Below, one piece after another: positions 55,265 to 64,000 of a stretch of DNA of 64,000 nt. Position numbers and translations under genes: made by a program. Every line of letters starts with the position of its first letter. Position 1 is the first letter of the stretch. The notes beneath the pieces are model-generated. The model was not told the DNA's origin and did no database searches. It worked only from the letters and a program-made list of their open reading frames with translations. The DNA is from Cyanophora paradoxa CCMP329 (lineage: Eukaryota; Plantae; Glaucophyta): assembly GCA_004431415.1 (NCBI GenBank), contig QPMI01000691.1, positions 3,110-67,109 of the forward strand. The letters are read 5' to 3'.

Positions 55265-55790
55265 GCCTCGCGACGTCGTCCCTGCTGCACGCTAACTACC
55301 CAAGAGGCTCATGATCAGCGAGCCGGGCTCATGCTCTTCTAGCCGACCTCACTGCTGATCGTGATGCTGCAGAGCATGCTGCTGCTCAGCTGCGTCGGAC
55401 CCGGAACGCGTCAGACGGTCGGCATGCAACGCGCGGCTGCGCAGCGAGGCGCCGGGCGTCTGCAACTGACAGGTGCAGCTGCACTGCTGCTGCAGGCATC
55501 CGATGATCGCATCCCTGGCCAGGCGCCGATTCCCAGGCCTAGGGGCCCATGGGCCATGGTCAGACCCCCGTACCGAAATTTTCGAGCAAGATACCGGTAA
55601 ATGCCGGCTGCGGTTGGATCAAAAGTCAATCGTCAGTCTGGTGACGCCAATCCTGACGATGCGCGCACGAGAAAAAAACGCGGTCTCAGCAAGCGCCGGC
55701 CCGGGTACACTCCTTGGCCTCGAGTTCTTGTACCCCTGCAAGCCGGGCCCAGCTTCAGCCCAGCTTTTGCTCTCCGAGCCGCTCGTTCCG

Positions 55791-58700
55791 ATGACGAGAG
55801 GCCGGCGCGGCTATCTAGGCAGGCCCGTCCGCCTCCTCGTTGTGGGCGTCGGGCAGCGCGGCGAGAACTACGCGCTGTACGCAGCCGAGAGACCCGGAAG
55901 AGCGCTCCTCGTCGGCATCGCGGTGCGCTCTCATTGCCTGCGCTGGCGAGAGCGCCAGCAGCGCTTCTCCTCAGGCGCGCCCCGCAGGATCCGCGGGCCT
56001 TCCGCAGGGAGCGCGTGCTGCGAGAGTTTGCAAACCAGGACCCGCCTGTGGACCCCGATCAGGTCTTCACGGTCCGCAGCAGCTGAGGCGCCCGCGTACG
56101 CGGCCCGCGGCGCCGAGTTCCGATCTGGATTCGCAGGACTGGAGGGAGGCAGCGGCGAGGCCGAAGTTTGCGGACGCTGTGATCATCGCCACTCAAGACA
56201 GCGACCACGTGGAGCCCGCTGTCGCGTTCGCGAGGCTCGGGTGCGCGCCCGCCTCTGAGTTCATATGTATGTGCGGATCGAATTCGATCCCCGCGGCCCT
56301 GCGCAGCTATGACATCTTCCTTGAGAAGCCGGTGCGCGCCCGCGCGGCCGAGCGTCGCGCCACTGAGACCCGCGCCGCGCCGCCGGCCCCGCGCCGCAGA
56401 TGGCTCTCACCGAATCGGACTGCGGCCGTATAGTCGATGCGGTGCATACGTTCGTCGCCCGCCGCGCTGCGCCCTTCGTTCTCAGTCGCCGAGGTGCAGG
56501 TGAAGGAGGCGGGGGTATTCCTCTCCGTGGCGCACGTGATGCGGTACACCCCCTACAGCCGCGAGCTCCGCGACCTCGCACAGAACGCCATTGGCGAGGT
56601 GCGCCCCGGCGCAGAACGGAGAGCGCAGTACCCCCGTCTGATCCCCCCCCCCCCTAGGTCGTCTCGGTGCAGCATCTCGAGCCGATCGGCCACTGGCACT
56701 ACGCCCACTCGTCCGGCCGGCCCCGGCCCCGCACCACCACCCCCGCCTTATCTGTACCCCCAGCTATGTGCGCGGCAACTGGCGGCGCTCAGCTGACACC
56801 ACGTGCGCCCTCCTTGCCAAGTCCTGCCACGACCTCGACTACATCCGGTACCCCTCCCCCTCCCCCTTCCGCCCCCCCCCCCCTTCTAACCCGTACCCAG
56901 GTACATCGTCGGCAAGCGCTGCCGCTCCGTGAGCCTTCTCCTCCCCTCCGACTCCCCTTGTCCCCCCCCCTCCCCCTCCCCCTCCGAATTTTCCCAGGTT
57001 TCGTCCTTCGGCAGCCTGAGGCATTTCCGTGCGGATAACAAGCCGGAGGGTACCTTGTTTTTCGGCCTCCGCCTGGCCGGCTGCTCCCGCCGCCTTTTAA
57101 CCTCTTTCGGCGCAGGCGCCGCCGATCGCTGCGCCGACTGCCCGCCCCACGTTGAGGGACCATGCCCCTACTCGGCCAGGAAGGCACGCTACCCCCCCCT
57201 CCCCCCCCTCCCGATTTCGTTTTCGGTACCCTCCGAGCCGGCGCCCCCCGCCCCGCAGGTATACATGGACCCCCTGAAGGGGGGGTACGACCGCTGGCCC
57301 GTCAGCGTCGCCCTCGAGTCGGGCGCCGTTGCGGAGCTCGAGCCCGTGCGACTCAGTCGTACCCCTGCCCAGCTCCATCCCCCTTGACTCCCGGAGACCG
57401 CAGGCATCCGAGCCAGTCGAGCGGCTCCAGGCGGCACTGAGGGACGGTCCCTACGGCCGCTGCGTCTACGCGTGCGCTGTCCCCCCCCCCCCGGCCCGAC
57501 GTACCCCCCTCCCTCCCCCTGAGGCCGCCCCGCCCCCGACCCGCAGCTGCGACAACGACGTCGTCGATAACCAGGTACCCCGAGAGCTCCGTACCCCCCT
57601 TGGCTCTCCTGTACCCCCCGGGATCCCAATGAGCGCAGGTCGTGAACTGCGAGTTCGAGGACGGCTCCACGGCCTCCTTCTCGATGGTCCCCCCCCTTTT
57701 CCTCCGAGCCCGGTTGGTCGCGAGTGTACCCCCTGATTCCCCCCCCCCCTCAGATCGCGTTCACGGAGGAAGTCTGCGTGCGGAAGACGCGGGTGTGCGG
57801 TACCCGGGGCGAGCTGGTGGGGGACGGCCGGTTCGCTCGCTTCGACGGCGTACCCGTGAACCTCTTCACCTGAGCCGGCGCAGGACGATCCGGCACTACG
57901 ACTTCTCGTCGGGGCAGAGCAGGGCGCGCCCCTTTGAATTCCCTCTCCCCCTTCCCCCTGCCCGCCCGCCCTCCTGCCCGCCCTCCCCCCTAGACTCAAG
58001 CTTTAGCTTGCTAAGTGACGCCGCCTCAAACTCGACCTCGCCCCGCGCGCAGACGCTGGCGCCCGAGAGCGACCCGACCCTCCGCACCCGGCTCACAGGC
58101 GCCCCCGCCCCTCCCCTACCCCCCCTGGGCAACGCCCGCCCCCCGACGGCCTCCCCGGCCCCCCCCCGCAGGGCACGACATGGCGGACTACTACATCGTG
58201 CACGCATTCATCGAGGCGTGCCTCACGGGGGACCCCTCCCACGTGCGCAGCATATCTATCTTATATATATCTATCATAGATCTATCGACTGCCATCATCA
58301 TATCTAGCACAATTCGGGCGGTCTGCACACGTAGGCGGCTGCGGCCTGCGCATGCGCGCGCGCGTTCGTAGTCCATCGACACATAGGCGGCCTGCGCGCC
58401 TTCTTGCAACCCCCCCCCCCACCCCCTCCCCTTCCCCTCCCCTCCCCTCCCTCCCCCGCCCCGGCCCCCGGCCCGGCACGCATACAGCCAGCCAGCTTGT
58501 GCCCCGGGCTCAGATTTGATTTCATCTGATCTGATCTGATCTGATCTGATCTTCAGATCCTGAGCAGCGCCGACGAGGCCCTCGAGGCGCACCGCATGGT
58601 CCGGCCCCGCCCCCCCCCTCCCCCCCCCTCCCCCCCTCGGGAGAGTTTCAAGGCTCGCTGCTTCTAGAAAGCTTCTGAGCAAATCAGAGCAAATTAGAGC

Positions 58701-58961
58701 TTAGAGCCCGCCCGCCCGCCCGCCCGCCCGCCCGCCCGCCGCCGTCCGCCCGCCTGCCCGCCTGCCCGCCCGGCGCCACTTGCTCGGCCCGGCCTGACGC
58801 GGGCGGCCCGGCAGGTGTTCGCGGCGGAGCGGGCGCGGCTCGAGCGGCGCGTCGTCGACCTCGCCGAGGGGGAGGGGCAGGGGCAGGGGCCGAAGCCCAA
58901 GGCGGGCGGCGCGGCAGTGGCGGGCCCGGCCGCCCCTTCGCGCACGCAGGACCTCTTCTGA
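55791..58961 (+). CDS. Host Gfo/Idh/MocA family oxidoreductase (~20 short exons)
   Basis: [85 protein letters not shown]. Confidence 0.92.
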
Positions 58962-59382
58962 TCCGGCGCGCGGAGCCGGGGCCGGGGCCGGGGCCGGGGC
59001 CGGCGCGGGGCCGGGGCCGGGACGCCCTCCTCCTCGTTGTTGTCGTCGTTCACTGAACCACACCAATGCGCTGGCGCTCGCACGCGTCTGCTCACCGGCG
59101 AGAAAGGTCTAGAGAGAGCAGAGCTCGAGATCTGTAGAGAGTCGACGTACGCGTCGCGGCGTAGGTAGTGACATGCATATGCATACGCATGGCGCTAGCC
59201 GGCGCCGCGCCTGCAGCTGCTTGCTGCCATGGCTCGCCGTACAGGCAGGTACATGCACGTGCTGGTTGTCGGTTGAGCGACCGAAGGGCTGAGCTCACTC
59301 CGAGGCCCCGGGTACCGGGAAACAGCGGCTCCAGCCGCAGCTGTGACGCACTTACTGCCCTTGCATACCCGCCCCGCCGATC

Positions 59383-62300
59383 ATGAGCGTCGGCGCCGGC
59401 CGCATCTTGTGCAGGTAGTCCTGTCCGGGGGCCGGGCGCGTACGTGGGCGTGGCGCCGGCGTCAGGGCACCGGCGCGCGCATTGGCCATGGCCAGCGGCC
59501 CGATGGCCCTTGAGGCCGGCTTCGCGGGTCCAGCTGCAGCTCCTGGGCCCAGATGGAGCAGCGGAGAGCCGAAGACCCGCGCGAATCCGCGCCCGAGCAG
59601 CGCCGCGGCCGCGGTTGCGGGATCCATGGCCAAAGCTGTGCTTCGTCCCGAGCGGGCGGATCGGGGCGGAAAGACCCGAAGCGGTTCCGCACTCCTCAAC
59701 GTGCTGGCGGAGCCGGACGCGGCCGGACGGGCGGAGGGCCCGCGGTCCCCGCGGCCGAGCTCCTTCGCGCTGTCAATGACTAGCAGCAGCAGCTCAGCCG
59801 CGCTCCTCGCCCCGAAACCGCCCCCTGCGCTGCCCCGCCGCGTCTCGGCCGCCGGCGCCGGGCGCCGCATCTCCGCCGTTGGGCGCACGCGCAGCGGCTC
59901 GTGGCTGCCCACGGTACGCGCGCATGCGGGTCGCCCCCGGCGCCGCGCGCGCCGGCCTACAGCTGACGCTCGAGCACTCGTCAACAGCCGGTACCCTCCG
60001 CGGGCCGCTTCGCCGCATCCTGCGCGGTCGTGCTCCTCGCCCCGTCCCTCGTCTCTGCCCTTCTCTGGATCGTGCCTTACGGCCAGTGCGCCCGCCCGCG
60101 CCCGCACCCGCACCCGCCCCGCCGCCCTGCGCCCCCCGCCTCCTAAGCCTCTTCTGCACCGTACCTCAGGATCTGGCCCCCCGCCCGCTGGAGCGTGACC
60201 TTCCTCGTCGCGCTGACCGTGCCCACCTGTACCCCCACCGCGCTTCGGTTTCCGCCGCCCCCTGATCGCTCCCCCCCGCCCCCTTCCCCCCCCTAGATGT
60301 ACTTTCCCTGCGGCATCCTCACATGCTGGTGGTTCGCTCGCCCGCCCCGCAATCCATCTTAGCCCCCGCGCTCTCGCCTTCCCACCCCCTCGGGCCTCGA
60401 ATACCGTACCCCCCCACCAGGCTCAACACGTACGCGGTCCTTCCGTTCTGCGTGGCGGCGTACACGCTGCTCGTCGTACCCCTCTTCCTCCTCATCGGCC
60501 AGATCCCCGGAGTCATCAACTTCCGGGGGGCCTTCGTGCGCACCCAGCTCGAAACGGGCCCCGCCGGGACCCGAACCGGACCCGCAGGTGCCGTACATCT
60601 GCACGTGGTTCGCCGTCGTGGGCCTCGTCTCGCGGGGCGCCCCCTCCTTCCTCTCGTTCCTCGAGCGCCGCGCCGCCCGCTGGGGGCGCCCGCCCCCGGC
60701 CCCCATCCGGCCCTCCCACGTGCGGCCGCCTCCTTCTCTGCCCGCCGGGGCCCGCGGGCGTCGGGGGTACAATCGCAAGCGACCGTGCGCGACAGGTGGA
60801 TCGGCTGGGGTACTGGAGCTTCGTTCTCCGCATGTCCCTCGTCTCCATCCTCGTCCTCTGCTGCCCCGGGTACAACTTTCGCCCTCGAAACGTGTGTCCC
60901 TCCTCTGAACGTGTACCCCCGCAGCTACGTTCTGCTCTTCGCCGCCTTCCGCCGCAACGGCGTCGCGCAAACAGTCCTCAACGTCGTCTTCGTGAGCACG
61001 CGTACCCCCCTTCGCGACTCCTTCCCCCTTCCCTTCTCAATTGTACCCCGCGGCCGGCCGCAGAACACGTTCGTGCTGGTCCGCCAATCCCTGCACGGAC
61101 CCGCACACCTCCCCCATCTCTCCAACGCTGTACCCCCCTCAGATCTTCGGCCTGCTGTGGGCCTTTGTGGCGTGGCGGCCGCTGCAGGCGGTCCTGCCCA
61201 GAGGCGACATCTCCGTGCTCCTCCTCTCCTACGTTCGCATCCGTACCCCCCCCCCGCCCTTTTCTCCCTTCCCCTGTACATCGAACCCTGTACCCCCCCC
61301 TCCCCAGGTGGCCTTCGCCAACAAGCTCTTCAAGCAGGTGCCTCGCGCTTTCCCCTCGCCCATCTCGAGCCTTCGCTCACGTACCCCCACCTCCCCAACC
61401 CCATCACAAAGGCGGCGTTCTTCCGAGTCCACGACACCACCACGTGCGCGTACCCCAGGCTTCTAGCCCCCCTCCCCCCCCCGCCCCCCGACGCGGCGGC
61501 TGTACCCCCAGGTACGCGGCGATGCTGGCGACTGAGCTGGTGGCGCTCTGTGTGCCCGCCTCGCTCGTCTACCGCCGCCTGCGCTTCGCTGCCGCCGCCG
61601 CGCTCCGCCGGCTGGTCCCCGACGAGGAGGACGAGGAAGAGGAGGAGGAGGGGGAGGGGGAAAGGGGGGACGAGGACGGGTACCGGTGCGCGCCTTTTGC
61701 GCGCGCTTCCGATCGCCTATAATTAGCGGCGCGATCGGGCAGGCCGGCGCCGCCCTCAGCGGGCGGCGGGGTACGCGTTGCCCCGGACCCCGGCCCGGCC
61801 CCCGTTGTGATCGTACCCCTGGCGGAGCCGGCCCCCGAGTCGATGCGGAGGGGCGCGGGCCGGCGTCCCTCCGGCTCCGCCGGGCGCCGCTGGAGCCTCT
61901 CGGGGGCTGCCGGCGCCGTCGGCAGCCCCGAGGAGGCCGAGGCGATGCTTGGGGGGAGGGAGGACGGCGAGGAGGGGGAGGGGGGGGAGGAGCGCGACCA
62001 GCAGGCGCGCTCGCGATCGATGGGGATACAGCCCGCTCGTCTCTGAGAGCTTGACGCGCGCGCGCCGCCCACGCAGGGCCTCACGCGGTGGTCCTTCCTG
62101 CGCGTGCGGCGCGCCAGTGGCGGGCCCGAGCACCTCTCCCAAGCCCGAGGCGGCTTCGGCGGCGGCTTCGATATCGATCACGAGGCGCCGGCCGCCCGGG
62201 CGGCTCTTCTTCTTCCGCCCCTGGCCGCAGCCCTGGCAGGCGCGGGTGCGCGCGCGCGCCCCTTCTCCGGATCGCCTCGGCGCGGCGCGGGGCATGATTT

Positions 62301-63275
62301 CGATGGCAGGCCAGGGCGCGGGCGCGGGAGCGGGCCCCGAACCGGAGGCGGCGCCGCCCGCGAGCGACCCGGCGCTCAGTCCCGCCTCCCGATCCTCGCG
62401 CCCCGGCCGACCCCAGCCGCCGGCGCCGGCTTCCTTCCGCGCCGGCCCGGGCCGCAGCCTCCGCGGCCACCTCCGCGGGTGCGCTCGTCTTATGAGTCAT
62501 GATCACCGATTCAGTGAATCACGAATTCAGCGTCTCACTCGGGGGCGCCGCGCCCTGCACGCCGCGCCGGGCGCAGGCTGCTTGCCCAGGTGACGGAGGA
62601 GGAGGCGAAGGGGGTCCGCGACGGCGTGCCGAGCTTCTTCCTCGTGAACGCCCTCGTCACCCTCTCCAGGCATGCATCTTTAAAGTGTTTGAATCTTTTG
62701 ATCTCAGCTCACCTTGAGCGCGCAGCTCCCTCGCGACGGTGACGGCCGTCTGCGCGGGGCGCTGGGGCCCCGCCTCGGACGTGGCGCCCTTCGGCCCCTC
62801 CGTGCTCTCGGACGCGGACTTCCGCTCCACGCTCGCCTTCTGCGGCGCCTCCTGCGTCGCCGTGGGCGCCGTCGCCGCGGCCGCCGGCGCGGCCGCCCTC
62901 TTCTCGCGTACCCTCCGCGAATCCCTCTTCGGCGTCGGCCGCCGCTTCGTCGCCGAGCGCGGCTGGTGCGTATATATACCGTATACCGTAGTACCCCCCC
63001 CCGTTCTTCTCGCCTGAATTGGAAATTCCCACGCATGTGCAGGCTCCTCGCTGCCCTGTTCGTGAACGCCCCGGTGAGCGCCCCCTCGAGCTCGTCATTC
63101 AGCTCGCTCCCTTAGAGCTTGATCATCGGATAGCGCTTCACCCCCGCGGCCGGGCCCCACGCCCCTCCGCTCGCCCGCCGGCGCCTGAAGCCTCTCCCCG
63201 CAGATCTTCCCCTTCATGGTCCTGATCAAGCCCAACAAGATCTTCAGCAGCGCCTACCCCGAGGCCTACCCCTAG
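59383..63275 (+). CDS. Host multi-exon multi-pass membrane protein, paralogue B
   Basis: LQAVLPRGDISVLLLSY, ANKLFKQAAFF, TELVALCVPASLV and C-terminus ...NKIFSSAYPEAYP align with paralogue A. Confidence 0.6.
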
Positions 63276-63469
63276 CTATAGGGTTCGCTTCGCTCCACTT
63301 CGTTTCACGATCAGCAGCTCGCACCGATATTCAACTCTATAGCTCGAGCTCAACTCTGACTCGATGGCACGGATTTTGATCGCGAGGTAATCGTGCCTGT
63401 AGCATGGCAGCATGCGCGGCTAGATCTAGATGAACGGCGGTCGCGGCAGCCGGCTGAAGGGGGCCGTCA

Positions 63470-63504
<35 letters not shown>

Positions 63505-64000
63505 CGGGGGCTGGCTACGTCGACCCTACCCCTACGCCGGCGGCTCCAGGCCTAGCTATAGGTCTAGGCATTCCACTGGGCCAGCCGGGAGCTCGCAGAG
63601 AGTTATGTATATCAAAACTTGAAAGTAACAATTAAAGCATGCGCAGCGCGGAAGCGCCAGCGCGGCGCGCAAGCTTAAGGAAGCATGCGCGTGCACGCGA
63701 TCGAACGAACGCTGCTCCGAGTCTAACTTAGTAAGAGTTTCGCGGTCGAGGTCCGACGGCCTATAGCTAGATCTAACGGTCTAGAATTCGGGCGCTATTA
63801 AATATTGCCAAGTTGAATTAATCGCGATCGGGATCCGCAGCATGCGCAGGACTCAGGGCCTGGCCATGGGGCGCGAAGCCACTCCGGGTACGAGGCCTAG
63901 GCGAGGGAGGCCAAGCCGCCGATCATGAGCTTAAGGCGGCACTGGAAGCCGAGGTGCGGCGGAGCTAGAAGCGCACGCGCGTGCGTGTGCAGGGCTGTCC

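Noticed and set aside
31800-64000. Numerous overlapping Arg/Pro/Gly/Ala-rich ORFs in the track
   Set aside because: Shadow ORFs caused by very high GC; the real genes are multi-exon.

Overview
Eukaryotic (protist/algal-type) genomic window in three compartments. (1) 1 to ~17.25 kb is an AT-rich, intron-less endogenous Polinton-like virus (PLV/Maverick-like) whose left part lies outside the window. It carries a patatin lipase, two divergent minor capsid (penton) genes, a double jelly-roll major capsid protein, an A32-like packaging ATPase, a TVpol-SF3 primase-helicase, a protein-primed PolB with an eroded proofreading domain, an rve integrase and an S-adenosylmethionine decarboxylase-like gene. 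It also has mimivirus-type AAAATTGA motifs and a central repeat region with two different 31-bp arrays. (2) ~17.25-31.8 kb is a second virus-like segment of higher GC. It starts with a perfect 28-bp hairpin and encodes a methyltransferase-like protein, a Cys-rich protein, a Gly-rich fibre, an ADP-ribosyltransferase-like toxin and small membrane proteins. It also holds a 15 x 154-bp palindromic tandem array and a cluster of four small single-intron genes that share one TATA-containing promoter module. Two of these encode ubiquitin/SUMO-like-domain proteins and two encode disordered proteins with SIM, RVxF or LFG motifs, forming a candidate SUMO/chromatin counter-silencing module. (3) ~31.8-64 kb is very GC-rich host DNA with many short introns: SWIM/TPR, EF-hand/ARM, a Gfo/Idh/MocA oxidoreductase and two paralogous multi-pass membrane protein genes. 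All calls come from motif reading by eye; no database searches were run.
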